Part shown: positions 1 through 9,889 of the stretch, piece by piece
How positions within the stretch are numbered: position 1 is the stretch's first letter
How the letters are laid out: each line of letters opens with the position of its first letter
Sequence record: SRR22947725_6362
Reading direction: 5' to 3' (one strand)
Length of the DNA stretch: 32,015 bases
Notes under the pieces: generated by a model
The model's database searches: none
Told to the model about the DNA's origin: nothing
Seen by the model: the letters and a program-made list of their open reading frames with translations, nothing else
Translations under genes and position numbers: made by a program

Positions 1-2
1 AT

Positions 3-1445
3 ATTGGCTCGAACTCCGTACGCTTAGTGGTTTTTGACGGCGCCGCCCGATCTCCGGCCTATTTTTTCAATGAAAAAGTCATGTGCGCACTTGGTGCAGG
101 CTTGGCCGAAAGTGGCAAGCTCAATCCCGATGGGCGCTTGCGCGCCCTCTCTGCCTTACGACGATTTTGCACCATTGCCAAAGGCATCGGCCTGCCCAGC
201 CTGACCGCTGTCGCCACCGCCGCCGTGCGTGAGGCCAGCGATGGCAACGACTTCATCGCGCAGGTCCAAAGCGAAACGGGGTTGAAAATCCACGTCATCG
301 ATGGCGAGGAAGAAGCCCGACTGGCGGCGCAGGGCGTCTTGCTTGGCTGGCCCGGCTCTTATGGCCTTGTCTGCGATATTGGCGGTGGTTCGATGGAATT
401 GGCAGAGATTGCCAATGGGCAAGTGGGCCAAAGAGTGACCTCTCCACTTGGGCCATTGAAGCTGATCAATGTCCCGGGCGGTAAAAAGGGACGTAAAGCG
501 GTGATCGCAGAGACATTAGATCATCTGCGCGATCAAATGGGACCACAATCTGATCGGCTCTTTTTGGTTGGGGGATCTTGGCGGGCCTTGGCGCGTATTG
601 ATATGCACAGGCGCGGATACCCGCTGCATGTGATGCACGAATATCAAATGACGGCCCGCGATGTGAAGGCCACTTTGCGCTATATCGAAGACTGTGATCT
701 CGAAGCGCTGCGCCAGACCATCCGCGTGACACAAAGCCGAATGGCACTTGTGCCAATCGCGGCAGAAATTCTTAAAGGCCTCCTCAAACGGTTCAAGCCC
801 CATGACATCGCCATCTCAAGCTATGGGATTAGAGAGGGGCTTCTTTATGAACAGATGCCGCAAGCCATGCGCGACCGCGACCCTTTGATCGAAAGCTGCC
901 ATTTCGCCGAGCGCAAGGATGCGCGGCTTCCGGGCTTTGGTATGCGGCTGCACAAGTTCATCTCCCCGCTCTTTTCCAAGATGTCCCCCAGTCGCGCGCG
1001 GCTGGTGCGCGCGGCGTGTTTGCTGCATGATGTAAGCTGGCGCGCCCATCCTGATTTCCGGGCGGAGGTTTGCTTCGAATATGCCACCCGTGCCAATTTG
1101 GGCGGGCTGAGCCATGAGGAGCGAATTTTTCTGGGCTTGGCATTGCTGCATCGCTACCGAAACAGCCGCGCAGGCACCCGGTTTGAAGAGCTTTTGACGC
1201 TTCTGGATGAGCCCAACCAAAAACAGGCTGAGATCTTAGGCAAAGCCATGCGCCTTGGCGCGATGCTCTGGGCCGATCCCGACGATGAGACCGCCCAGCT
1301 CCACTGGTCCGCAAAGACAAAAACACTGTCGTTCACGCTCACGGCAGAGGCCTCGCCTCTGTTTGGGGAGGTGGCCGAAGCCCGGCTCAATTCTTTGGCC
1401 GCATCCCTGGATGCAAAGCTCCGCACCGATATGCGATTGACTTAG
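3..1445 (+). CDS. ppx: Ppx/GppA family exopolyphosphatase, 5'-truncated by the window edge
   Basis: Frame is open from position 3 (IGSNSVRLVVFD). Motifs ATAAVREA, GEEEARL, DIGGGSMEL, GIREG and a C-terminal LLHD HD-like region. Confidence 0.93.
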   Translation: MGSNSVRLVVFDGAARSPAYFFNEKVMCALGAGLAESGKLNPDGRLRALSALRRFCTIAKGIGLPSLTAVATAAVREASDGNDFIAQVQSETGLKIHVIDGEEEARLAAQGVLLGWPGSYGLVCDIGGGSMELAEIANGQVGQRVTSPLGPLKLINVPGGKKGRKAVIAETLDHLRDQMGPQSDRLFLVGGSWRALARIDMHRRGYPLHVMHEYQMTARDVKATLRYIEDCDLEALRQTIRVTQSRMALVPIAAEILKGLLKRFKPHDIAISSYGIREGLLYEQMPQAMRDRDPLIESCHFAERKDARLPGFGMRLHKFISPLFSKMSPSRARLVRAACLLHDVSWRAHPDFRAEVCFEYATRANLGGLSHEERIFLGLALLHRYRNSRAGTRFEELLTLLDEPNQKQAEILGKAMRLGAMLWADPDDETAQLHWSAKTKTLSFTLTAEASPLFGEVAEARLNSLAASLDAKLRTDMRLT

Positions 1446-1476
1446 AACCTGTCTCACGCCCAGGGCTGCGCTATGG

Positions 1477-2157
1477 CTAGGCCTGGACCTTTGCCAATTC
1501 TTCCCACGCCTTATTGATCGCCACCAGACGTGCTTCGGCCAATTTTACAGCCTCGCGCGGAACGCCGCGCGCCACCAGCTGATCGGGGTGATTCTTTTTC
1601 ACGAGTGCCCGCCATGCCAAACGTATTTCTTCAAAGCTTGCGCCCGGCGAGACGCCCAAAACATCGAAAGGATCGGCGGTTGCGCCCTTGACGTAACGGG
1701 CTTTGATCACGCAAAAGCCCCGTGCAGACAGGCCGAAAATATCGGAAACTCGGCTCAAGAACGCATCCTCTTGCGCATGATAAGATCCATCTGCGGTGGC
1801 TATGTGAAACAATCCCTCAAGCAAGTCTTCCAGGATATCCATCCTTGCACCGAACATAGATTTGATTTGCCGAGCATAGGTTTCAAATCCGGCCACATCC
1901 TGACGCGCGAAGTTAAACACTTTGGCCGCACTGCTCTCTTCTGAGGTGGGAATATAAAAAACTTCCCGAAACGCCAGCACCTCCGCACGGGTGACGCTGC
2001 CATCGGCTTTGGCCATCTTTGCGCTCAATGCGATCACAGCGATGGTAAACCCGACGGATTTCTCCGGCGGGCTGCGCAGCTTCTCGAAAACTGCTGAAAG
2101 CCCTTCGCCCTTGGCAAGGGCGGAAAGCGCAGCGGTGATGCGGGTCCAAATAGACAT
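1477..2157 (-). CDS. djlA: DjlA-like co-chaperone (TerB-like domain plus C-terminal J domain)
   Basis: AKMAKADG TerB-like motif and C-terminal J domain with HPD. Start chosen at MSIWTRI (ATG 2157) rather than 2199. Confidence 0.82.
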   Translation of the reverse strand: MSIWTRITAALSALAKGEGLSAVFEKLRSPPEKSVGFTIAVIALSAKMAKADGSVTRAEVLAFREVFYIPTSEESSAAKVFNFARQDVAGFETYARQIKSMFGARMDILEDLLEGLFHIATADGSYHAQEDAFLSRVSDIFGLSARGFCVIKARYVKGATADPFDVLGVSPGASFEEIRLAWRALVKKNHPDQLVARGVPREAVKLAEARLVAINKAWEELAKVQA

Positions 2158-2204
2158 GGGTGGCATCTTAGGCCCTGTGCGCACAAGACGAAAGGGCAAA
2201 GCCT

Positions 2205-2819
2205 CTACTTGAGCGTCACCAAACCGTGATCCGTTTGAATTTCAGCGGAAATCTGCGCAGGGCCAGTTGAAAAGCAAATGCGTTCATCACCGATAAGCTC
2301 TGCCAAAAGCGCCTGCATTTGGTCGGCTTGCGGGTGTTGAACTTGCAAAGAGATCAGACGACAGCCGCTGTCGGGCAAATTCTGGCAAGGATGGGCAGGC
2401 GGTTGCCACTCAATCAACGCCGGCCCGTAACCACCAAATGGCAAATCTCCCGTATCTGAGACGGAAATATCCCAAGTATAGGCGCCACGCTCAAGCCGCA
2501 CCGGCGTTCCAAACTCGGGGCTAAGCCGGGCAAGGCTCTCTTGGATATTGTCGGTTGCCAAAATCCAACTGGCAATGCGCGGCGGACCAGAAAAGCGGTC
2601 CAAACCGAACCACCGCGGATAGGGCAAAGAGGGTGCCTCCGGATCAATCGCGATGGATTCCAGATAGCAGGCCTCACCCATGCCCCAAAGATGGTTATGC
2701 GTTGAGAAATGTGGATGCTGGCCGGCCGCAAGTGGCGCAGCCTGCAAGCAATTTTGAACAAAATCCGTTGCGGCTTGCCGGGTTTCCCCCGCCACTGCAA
2801 TGTGATCCAATCTTAACAT
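2205..2819 (-). CDS. VOC/glyoxalase-like family protein
   Basis: LDHIAV, GQHPHFSTHN, YLESIAIDP, RWFGLD and PALIEW are typical of the glyoxalase-like family. Confidence 0.85.
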   Translation of the reverse strand: MLRLDHIAVAGETRQAATDFVQNCLQAAPLAAGQHPHFSTHNHLWGMGEACYLESIAIDPEAPSLPYPRWFGLDRFSGPPRIASWILATDNIQESLARLSPEFGTPVRLERGAYTWDISVSDTGDLPFGGYGPALIEWQPPAHPCQNLPDSGCRLISLQVQHPQADQMQALLAELIGDERICFSTGPAQISAEIQTDHGLVTLK

Positions 2820-2840
2820 ACCATCCCCCTCTGCCGCGCT

Positions 2841-4967
2841 TTAGCTGCGCGCCTTTCGGATCAAATCCAAAACATTCTGTGCCGCATCGGGGATATTTGT
2901 GCCCGGACCAAAGATCGCCGCTACGCCAGCGGCTTTGAGGAAATCATAGTCTTGCTGAGGAATAACCCCGCCACAGACCACGATAATCTCCTGCGCATCT
3001 GCGGCCTTCAATGCCTCCACCAATTTGGGCGCCAAGGTTTTGTGACCTGCCGCTTGGCTGGAAATACCGACCACATGCACGTCATTGTCCACCGCGTCCT
3101 GCGCCGCCTCCTCAGGGGTTTGAAACAGGGGGCCGACGTCCACATCAAAACCAATGTCGGCAAAGGCCGTGGCAATCACTTTGGCGCCCCGATCATGGCC
3201 ATCTTGCCCCATTTTCACCACAAGCATCCTGGGCCTGCGTCCCTCTTCTTTGGCGAATTCTTCCACAGATCTCTGAATTGCTTCAAAGTTTTCGTCGCCC
3301 TCATAGGCAGATCCATACACGCCAGCCAATGTCTTCACCTCCGCGCGATGTCGGCCAAATGTGCCCTCCATCGCCAATGAAATTTCCCCCACCGTCGCCC
3401 GATGACGCGCCGCTTCAACAGCCGCTTCTAATAGATTGCCCCCTTCAACGCAGCGCCGTCCAAGCTCAAGAAGGGCCGCATCACAGGCCGTTTGATCACG
3501 GCTCGCGCGGATGGATTGGAGTTTCGCGACCTGGGCCTCGCGCACCTGATTGTTATCAATATCGCGCACCTCAATGTCGGGTTGTTTGTCCGAGGTATAT
3601 TTGTTGACCCCAACAATCACCTCTTCCCCGCGATCAATCATCGCCTGACGCCGCGCCGCACTTTCTTCAATTTTAAGCTTGGGCAGGCCGCTGGCCACGG
3701 CTTTGGTCATGCCGCCCATCTCCTCAACCTCTTCGATCAGCGCCCAGGCCTCATCAATAAGATCAGCAGTGAGTTTTTCCACATAGTAAGAGCCCGCCAG
3801 CGGATCAACCACATTGGTCACCCCAGTTTCTTCTTGCAAAATGAGCTGTGTGTTGCGCGCAATGCGTGCCGAGGTTTCCGTTGGCAGGGCAATGGCCTCA
3901 TCAAAACTATTGGTATGCAGCGATTGCGTGCCGCCCAAAACCGCGGACATCGCTTCAAAAGCCGTGCGCACGATGTTGTTATAGGGATCTTGCTCTTGCA
4001 GACTCACACCGGAGGTTTGGCAATGGGTCCGCAGCATGCTGGATTTGGGATTTTTCGGGTCAAATTCCGCCATAACCCGGTGCCACAAAACCCTTGCAGC
4101 CCGCAATTTCGCCGCTTCCATAAAGAAATTCATACCAATGGCAAAGAAAAACGACAGACGCCCGGCAAAGGCATCCACATCCATCCCCCGCGCAATCGCC
4201 GTGCGCACATATTCGCGCCCATCTGCAATGGTATAGGCCAACTCCTGCACCAAATTCGCACCGGCCTCTTGCATGTGATAACCGCTGATCGAAATGGAGT
4301 TGAACTTCGGCATATCACGGGCGGTAAATTCGATAATATCGGCCACAATACGCATGGAGGCCTCAGGTGGGTAAATATAAGTATTGCGCACCATGAATTC
4401 TTTGAGAATGTCATTTTGGATTGTGCCCGAGAGGGCCGCGCGGCTGACGCCTTGCTCTTCACCGGCCACGATGAAGGAGGCCAAAACAGGGATCACCGCG
4501 CCATTCATCGTCATGGAGACAGAAATCTTATCCAGCGGGATGCCATCAAAGAGGATTTTCATATCCTCTACACTGTCAATCGCCACCCCAGCTTTGCCAA
4601 CATCGCCGACAACGCGCGGATGATCGCTGTCATAGCCCCGATGCGTGGCCAAATCGAAGGCCACTGATACCCCCTGTTGCCCGGCTGCGAGCCCTTGGCG
4701 GTAAAAGGCATTGGACTCTTCGGCTGTGGAAAATCCAGCGTATTGCCGAATGGTCCAGGGCCGGCCGGAATACATGGTGGCTTTGACACCGCGCGTATAG
4801 GGTTCTTGCCCCGGCACGCTGCCCATATGCGCCAATCCTGTCGCATCTTCAGCCGTATACATCGGCTGCACCTTGATGCCTTCGAGCGTATCCCAAGTTA
4901 AAGACTCCAATGGCTTGCCGCGCAGCTCTTTGCCAGCAATTTCGCTCCAAGATGTCTTATCTGTCAT
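2841..4967 (-). CDS. scpA: Methylmalonyl-CoA mutase (B12-dependent)
   Basis: [22 protein letters not shown] and B12-binding [11 protein letters not shown] at 4967 follows an AGGAG RBS. Confidence 0.96.
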   Translation of the reverse strand: MTDKTSWSEIAGKELRGKPLESLTWDTLEGIKVQPMYTAEDATGLAHMGSVPGQEPYTRGVKATMYSGRPWTIRQYAGFSTAEESNAFYRQGLAAGQQGVSVAFDLATHRGYDSDHPRVVGDVGKAGVAIDSVEDMKILFDGIPLDKISVSMTMNGAVIPVLASFIVAGEEQGVSRAALSGTIQNDILKEFMVRNTYIYPPEASMRIVADIIEFTARDMPKFNSISISGYHMQEAGANLVQELAYTIADGREYVRTAIARGMDVDAFAGRLSFFFAIGMNFFMEAAKLRAARVLWHRVMAEFDPKNPKSSMLRTHCQTSGVSLQEQDPYNNIVRTAFEAMSAVLGGTQSLHTNSFDEAIALPTETSARIARNTQLILQEETGVTNVVDPLAGSYYVEKLTADLIDEAWALIEEVEEMGGMTKAVASGLPKLKIEESAARRQAMIDRGEEVIVGVNKYTSDKQPDIEVRDIDNNQVREAQVAKLQSIRASRDQTACDAALLELGRRCVEGGNLLEAAVEAARHRATVGEISLAMEGTFGRHRAEVKTLAGVYGSAYEGDENFEAIQRSVEEFAKEEGRRPRMLVVKMGQDGHDRGAKVIATAFADIGFDVDVGPLFQTPEEAAQDAVDNDVHVVGISSQAAGHKTLAPKLVEALKAADAQEIIVVCGGVIPQQDYDFLKAAGVAAIFGPGTNIPDAAQNVLDLIRKARS

Positions 4968-5069
4968 TATCCGCGCTCCTTGTCCCACGGGCCGATGCCC
5001 GGGTATTTTTCGTTCAACCCCTTCGCTTGCAATTGCAAAGGCCCTATATAGAACCATGAAGGAGATATT

Positions 5070-5516
5070 ATGTTTAAAAGAGTGTTCCACTTGTGGCTCG
5101 GGCTTCTGGCCATCGCGCCACCGGTCTTGGCCGGGGAGACCTTAGACATTTGGCGCTCCGATCCGACCCATATTTTCGACGCCAAAGAGGTTGAGCTGTC
5201 AGATGTCATCTGGGCGGCGCGGCCCTGGGTTGTGTTCGCCGATAGCCCGCTGGACCCTACTTTCACCCAGCAAATGGCGCTTTTGCAGGCTGAAATTGCT
5301 GTGTTGCAGGAACGAGACGTCATGATTGTGGTCGATACCGATCCCAAAGCCCAGTCCAACCTGCGCAAAACATTCCACCCCAAAGGCTTCAATTGGGTTT
5401 TGATCGGCAAGGATGGTAAAATCAAACTGCGCAAACCCTTTGCTTGGGACATGCGTGAATTGAGCCGGGTGATCGACAAAATGCCCATCCGACAGCGCGA
5501 GATGAGCAAGCCCTGA
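5070..5516 (+). CDS. Exported DUF4174-like protein
   Basis: AAGGAG RBS, signal-peptide-like N-terminus, [10 protein letters not shown]...VLIGKDG...[10 protein letters not shown] pattern. Confidence 0.78.
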   Translation: MFKRVFHLWLGLLAIAPPVLAGETLDIWRSDPTHIFDAKEVELSDVIWAARPWVVFADSPLDPTFTQQMALLQAEIAVLQERDVMIVVDTDPKAQSNLRKTFHPKGFNWVLIGKDGKIKLRKPFAWDMRELSRVIDKMPIRQREMSKP

Positions 5517-5534
5517 AGGCCGCCGCGAAGAATG

Positions 5535-5576
5535 GAACGGCCCAAGGGTCGCCCCACCTTCGGGTCTGAGCCGTTC
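5535..5576. terminator. Imperfect hairpin between convergent genes, possible bidirectional terminator
   Basis: GAACGGCCCA ... TGAGCCGTTC arms between the stops at 5516 and 5581. No clear U tract. Confidence 0.35.
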
Positions 5577-5580
5577 AGGC

Positions 5581-7578
5581 TCACTCAAACTCCATGATGA
5601 TCGCATCCACGGCCAGACTGTCGCCCGGCGCCGCATGGATCTTGCTGACAATAGCTTTCTTCTCGGCCCGCAGGATATTTTCCATTTTCATCGCCTCAAC
5701 TGTGCAAAGCGTCTGGCCCTCTTGCACTTCATCGCCCACAGCCACATCGACTTTGACGATCAAGCCCGGCATGGGGCAGAGCAAGAGTTTCGAAGTATCC
5801 GGCGCGACTTTCTCGATCATCAATTTGGCCAGCTCAGCCTGACGCGGGCTGCGCACAGTCACGCGCATATCAGCCCCGCGGAAGCGGATACGGAAGCCGC
5901 TTGTGCATTTCTCAACCTTTAACGCGATATCGATACCATCCACATTCATCAAAGCCAGTGGCTTGCCCGGTGTCCAATCACTGGCCACCCTATGGCTGCC
6001 GCTTTCAAAATGTACGGTGGATCCATTGGGATCGGCTGCAATTGTCACGGGGAACTCGTGGCCCTGAATGCCAACAACCCAATCGTCGCGCACGCGGCGC
6101 TCGTGATTGTCCATGCGACCAGAAACTTTTGTGCGACGAATTTCGCCCAAACGATACATTGCCGCCGCGCAGGCGCCGACAATTTTCAGCGTCTCTTGTG
6201 GCAGATCAACCCCATGAAACCCGTCTGGATATTCCTCCTCGATAAAGGCAGTGGTGATATTGCCGGCGCAAAATTTCGGGTGATCCATGACCGCAGAGAG
6301 GAATGGAATGTTGTGACCAATACCCTCGACCTCAAAGGCATCCAGCGCATTGCGCATCTGCGCAATGGCCGCGGGACGATCTGGCGCCCAGGTGCAAAGC
6401 TTGGCAATCATCGGATCATAGAACATGGAAATTTCTCCACCTTCATAAACACCGGTATCATTGCGTACGGCCGCGGTCGCGCTGCGGCTTTCAGCGGGCG
6501 GACGATACCGTGTCAAACGGCCAATTGAGGGCAAAAACCCCCGATAAGGGTCTTCCGCATAGAGGCGGCTTTCCATGGCCCAGCCATTAATTTTCACGTC
6601 CTCTTGGGTAATGGACAGCGCCTCGCCATTGGCAACGCGGATCATCTGCTCCACCAGATCCACCCCAGTGATCAACTCCGTCACCGGATGTTCGACCTGC
6701 AAGCGCGTGTTCATTTCAAGAAAGTAGAAATTCTGTGCGCTGTCGACGATAAATTCCACCGTACCGGCGCTGGTGTAGCCCACCGCTTGGGCCAATGCAC
6801 AAGATTGCGCGCCCATGGCCTTGCGCACTTCGGGCGTCAAGAAGGGGCTCGGGGCCTCCTCAATCACTTTTTGGTTGCGCCGCTGGATGGAACATTCGCG
6901 CTCATTGAGATAAATGCAATTGCCATGGCCATCCGCCAGAACTTGGATTTCGATATGCCGGGGTTGCGTGACGAATTTTTCGATGAAAATCCGATCATCT
7001 CCAAAGCTGCTCGCCGCTTCATTCTTGGACGATTGGAACCCCTCGCGCGCCTCTGCATCGTTCCATGCGATGCGCATACCCTTGCCACCCCCACCAGCGC
7101 TGGCCTTGAGCATCACCGGATATCCAACCTCTTGTGCGATTTTCACCGCTTCATCTGCATCAGCAATCAGACCCATATAGCCCGGAACCGTGCTCACACC
7201 AGCCTCTTTGGCCAGTTTTTTCGAGGTGATCTTGTCTCCCATGCTTTCAATCGCAGAGGCCGGCGGGCCGATAAAAGCCACACCTTCAGCCTCCAAGGCC
7301 TCAGCAAACAGGCGATTTTCTGACAAGAACCCATAACCGGGATGCACAGCTTGCGCCCCGGTTTGCCGGATCGCATCCATGACTTTTTCAATCACGATGT
7401 AAGACTGATTCGCCGGCGAAGGACCGATATGCACCGCCTCATCCGCCATTTTCACATGCAACGCCTGGGCATCCGCATCGGAATAAATCGCCACGGTTTT
7501 GATCCCCATCGCCTTGGCTGTTTTTATCACACGACAGGCAATCTCGCCCCGGTTGGCAATTAAAATCTTATCAAACAT
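5581..7578 (-). CDS. pccA: Propionyl-CoA carboxylase alpha subunit (biotin carboxylase plus biotin carrier)
   Basis: KILIANRGEIA, HPGYGFLSEN, GGGGKGMR, RLQVEHPVTE and biotinylation motif EAMKM. Lies between pccB and scpA. Start at MFDKIL (7578). Confidence 0.94.
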   Translation of the reverse strand: MFDKILIANRGEIACRVIKTAKAMGIKTVAIYSDADAQALHVKMADEAVHIGPSPANQSYIVIEKVMDAIRQTGAQAVHPGYGFLSENRLFAEALEAEGVAFIGPPASAIESMGDKITSKKLAKEAGVSTVPGYMGLIADADEAVKIAQEVGYPVMLKASAGGGGKGMRIAWNDAEAREGFQSSKNEAASSFGDDRIFIEKFVTQPRHIEIQVLADGHGNCIYLNERECSIQRRNQKVIEEAPSPFLTPEVRKAMGAQSCALAQAVGYTSAGTVEFIVDSAQNFYFLEMNTRLQVEHPVTELITGVDLVEQMIRVANGEALSITQEDVKINGWAMESRLYAEDPYRGFLPSIGRLTRYRPPAESRSATAAVRNDTGVYEGGEISMFYDPMIAKLCTWAPDRPAAIAQMRNALDAFEVEGIGHNIPFLSAVMDHPKFCAGNITTAFIEEEYPDGFHGVDLPQETLKIVGACAAAMYRLGEIRRTKVSGRMDNHERRVRDDWVVGIQGHEFPVTIAADPNGSTVHFESGSHRVASDWTPGKPLALMNVDGIDIALKVEKCTSGFRIRFRGADMRVTVRSPRQAELAKLMIEKVAPDTSKLLLCPMPGLIVKVDVAVGDEVQEGQTLCTVEAMKMENILRAEKKAIVSKIHAAPGDSLAVDAIIMEFE

Positions 7579-7626
7579 TGAGGAATCCTTCTCGGCGCGC
7601 GCAGCTCGAGGCAAAGGAGCTGTGCG

Positions 7627-7664
7627 AAAAAAAGAACCGGCACTGGCCAAAGCCAGAACCGGTT
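7627..7664 (-). terminator. Rho-independent terminator
   Basis: Minus strand reads AACCGGTTCTGGC-TTTG-GCCAGTGCCGGTT-CTTTTTTT: GC-rich stem followed by 7 T. Confidence 0.75.
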
Positions 7665-7723
7665 AAGGAAAGAAAGGGTCGATATGTTTTCAAAACCAAT
7701 GCAAAGAATTTTGAAACTCCAAC
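7627..7723 (-). ncRNA. Candidate ~97-nt small RNA or attenuated pccA leader
   Basis: Putative promoter, then a stem-loop (TTTCAAAA/TTTTGAAA), a CU-rich linker and an intrinsic terminator. 5' end is inferred from the -10 position. Confidence 0.45.
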
Positions 7724-7729
7724 ACCTAG

Positions 7730-7758
7730 ATTATGACAAGCGCAGCAGGATAAGCCAA
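7730..7758 (-). promoter_or_regulatory. Putative sigma70 promoter
   Basis: Minus strand TTGGCT (7758-7753), 17-bp spacer, CATAAT (7735-7730). Confidence 0.5.
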
Positions 7759-7827
7759 GGGAAGACCCGGCTGCTCCCAAGCACTGGGCACAAAGCCGCG
7801 CAAAACACCCTATGAGACCCGGCAAAT

Positions 7828-8187
7828 TCACGCCGACCACCCTTCGACAAAGATTTGTGGAAAGCTCGCTTGCGCTTTTTTCAGATCCACACGCAGCAAA
7901 GCCACATAGGATTCGGGATCGAAATCATCCTGTGCGGGGACGACTTCGCGTTCAAACAACCAAGACAGGCGGCCCCCATCAAGGTTGCCGCGCTCAAATG
8001 GCTCTTCACCAAAATATTCAATCAAAGCGTGCAGAAACGCCTCATCCGCCCGGCGATCTGGAGGACGACGGTCTGCATAGCGCTCGCGCCTGATAATTTT
8101 TGTCGCCCCATTCTTACTCGCGCGCCGAATGGTAAATTGCGCATCCGTACCGGGAAGACGGCCGGGGAACCCACGGTGTTTTTCCAT
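7828..8187 (-). CDS. Hypothetical protein (119 aa) downstream of pccB
   Basis: ATG 18 bp after the pccB stop with a purine-rich RBS, co-oriented, protein-like composition. Confidence 0.75.
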   Translation of the reverse strand: MEKHRGFPGRLPGTDAQFTIRRASKNGATKIIRRERYADRRPPDRRADEAFLHALIEYFGEEPFERGNLDGGRLSWLFEREVVPAQDDFDPESYVALLRVDLKKAQASFPQIFVEGWSA

Positions 8188-8205
8188 TATTGGCTCTCTT
8201 CGACC

Positions 8206-9738
8206 TTAGAGTGGAATGTTGTCATGTTTTTTCCATGGGTTTTTCAGGGATTTTCCCCGCAAACTGGCAAATGCCCGGCACACCCGGCGACGCGTGGAAG
8301 CTGGCATGATCACCTCGTCGATGAACCCTTTTTCAGCCGCAACGAAAGGATTGGCGAAACGTTCTTCATAGTCTTTCGTATGCTGGGCAATCTTCTCAGC
8401 ATCCCCCAGATCAGCACGATGGATGATCTCGGTTGCCCCTTTGGCGCCCATCACCGCAATCTCGGCTGTGGGCCAAGCGTAGTTGAAATCACCGCGCAGA
8501 TGTTTGGAGGCCATCACATCATAGGCGCCGCCATAGGCTTTGCGCGTAATGACCGTCACCTTGGGCACCGTGGCCTCACCATAGGCAAACAAGAGTTTGG
8601 CTCCGTGCTTGATCACGCCACCATATTCCTGCCCTGTTCCGGGAAGAAAGCCGGGCACGTCCACGAGCGTGAGGATTGGGATTTCAAAGGCATCACAGAA
8701 CCGGACAAACCGCGCGGCCTTGCGGCTGGCGTCAATATCCAAACAGCCGGCCAAAACTGTCGGCTGATTGGCCACAACCCCAACGGTGGAGCCTTCCATG
8801 CGAATAAAGCCGGTGAGGATATTTTTGGCAAATTCCTCTTGGATCTCATAAAAATCGCCTTCATCAGCGATTTTATGGATCAGCTCTTTCATGTCATAAG
8901 GCTGGTTCGGGTTCGCAGGGATCAGCGTGTCCAAACTGTTATCCACGCGAAGCGGATCGTCAAAGAATGGCCGGACAGGCGGTTTCTCGCGATTGTTGAG
9001 CGGCAAAAAATCCACCAGACGCCGGACTTCTGTCAGGGCCTCAACGTCATTCTCAAAGGCCCCATCGGCCACGGATGATTTCTTCGTATGGGTGACCGCG
9101 CCACCGAGCTCTTCGGCCGTTACCACCTCATTGGTCACAGTCTTGACCACATCAGGGCCTGTCACAAACATATAGCTGCTGTCTTTGACCATGAAGATGA
9201 AATCAGTCATCGCCGGCGAATAGACCGCGCCGCCAGCACAGGGGCCCATGATCACGCTGATCTGCGGCACGACGCCGGAGGCCATAACATTGCGTTGAAA
9301 CACCTCTGCGTAACCGGCCAAAGAGGCGACGCCCTCTTGAATCCGTGCGCCACCAGAATCGTTTAATCCGATCACAGGTGCACCGTTTTGCATCGCCATA
9401 TCCATGATTTTACAGATTTTCTCCGCATGGGTTTCTGACAATGAGCCCCCAAAAACCGTGAAATCTTGACTATAAACATAGACCATGCGTCCATTGACCG
9501 TACCCCAGCCTGTGACCACGCCATCGCCAGGGTAGGTTTGCTCTTGCATGCCGAAATCCACGCAGCGGTGAGCTTTGAACATATCAAATTCTTCAAAACT
9601 GCCCTCATCAAGCAGCAAATCAATCCGCTCGCGCGCGGTGAGTTTCCCCTTCGCATGCTGCGCATCAATCCGGCGCTGACCGCCGCCCATCCGCGCAATG
9701 TCACGCCGGCTTTGTAATTCATTCAAAATATTCGTCAT
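8206..9738 (-). CDS. pccB: Propionyl-CoA carboxylase beta subunit (carboxyltransferase)
   Basis: [41 protein letters not shown] and C-terminal [11 protein letters not shown] at 9738 follows AGAGGA. Confidence 0.96.
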   Translation of the reverse strand: MTNILNELQSRRDIARMGGGQRRIDAQHAKGKLTARERIDLLLDEGSFEEFDMFKAHRCVDFGMQEQTYPGDGVVTGWGTVNGRMVYVYSQDFTVFGGSLSETHAEKICKIMDMAMQNGAPVIGLNDSGGARIQEGVASLAGYAEVFQRNVMASGVVPQISVIMGPCAGGAVYSPAMTDFIFMVKDSSYMFVTGPDVVKTVTNEVVTAEELGGAVTHTKKSSVADGAFENDVEALTEVRRLVDFLPLNNREKPPVRPFFDDPLRVDNSLDTLIPANPNQPYDMKELIHKIADEGDFYEIQEEFAKNILTGFIRMEGSTVGVVANQPTVLAGCLDIDASRKAARFVRFCDAFEIPILTLVDVPGFLPGTGQEYGGVIKHGAKLLFAYGEATVPKVTVITRKAYGGAYDVMASKHLRGDFNYAWPTAEIAVMGAKGATEIIHRADLGDAEKIAQHTKDYEERFANPFVAAEKGFIDEVIMPASTRRRVCRAFASLRGKSLKNPWKKHDNIPL

Positions 9739-9797
9739 GGCAGATCCTCTTTGCGCGACCATAGCCTCCCCGGCCGACAAAGCGAAGGCGAATTTGG

Positions 9798-9813
9798 AAT
9801 ATTTGCAAATATT
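9798..9813. promoter_or_regulatory. Putative PccR/ScfR operator between pccB and the MFS gene
   Basis: Perfect 16-bp palindrome AATATTTGCAAATATT containing TTTGCAAA, the element known upstream of pccB in Rhodobacter sphaeroides. Confidence 0.7.
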
Positions 9814-9889
9814 TTGCGGCAACAATCTGCATAACTGAATAATTGCAAAGAGTCTGGACAAGCCCAACAGGCGGCGATAGCGATTTACA

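Noticed and set aside
3492-4667. 391-aa plus-strand ORF
   Set aside because: Antisense shadow of scpA with no recognisable domain.
4968-5069. Possible cobalamin riboswitch upstream of scpA
   Set aside because: The gap is only about 100 bp, shared with a divergent gene, and shows no B12-box-like sequence.
4967-5584. 205-aa minus-strand ORF spanning pccA to scpA
   Set aside because: It abuts both genes neatly, but overlaps the plus-strand DUF4174-like gene, which has an RBS, signal peptide and family motifs.
6604-7323. 239-aa plus-strand ORF
   Set aside because: Antisense shadow of pccA.
7571-7840. 89-aa minus-strand ORF upstream of pccA
   Set aside because: No recognisable features and it runs through a strong terminator; the region fits non-coding structure better.
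7855-9078. 407-aa plus-strand ORF
   Set aside because: Antisense shadow of pccB; no motifs; such shadows are common in GC-rich coding DNA.
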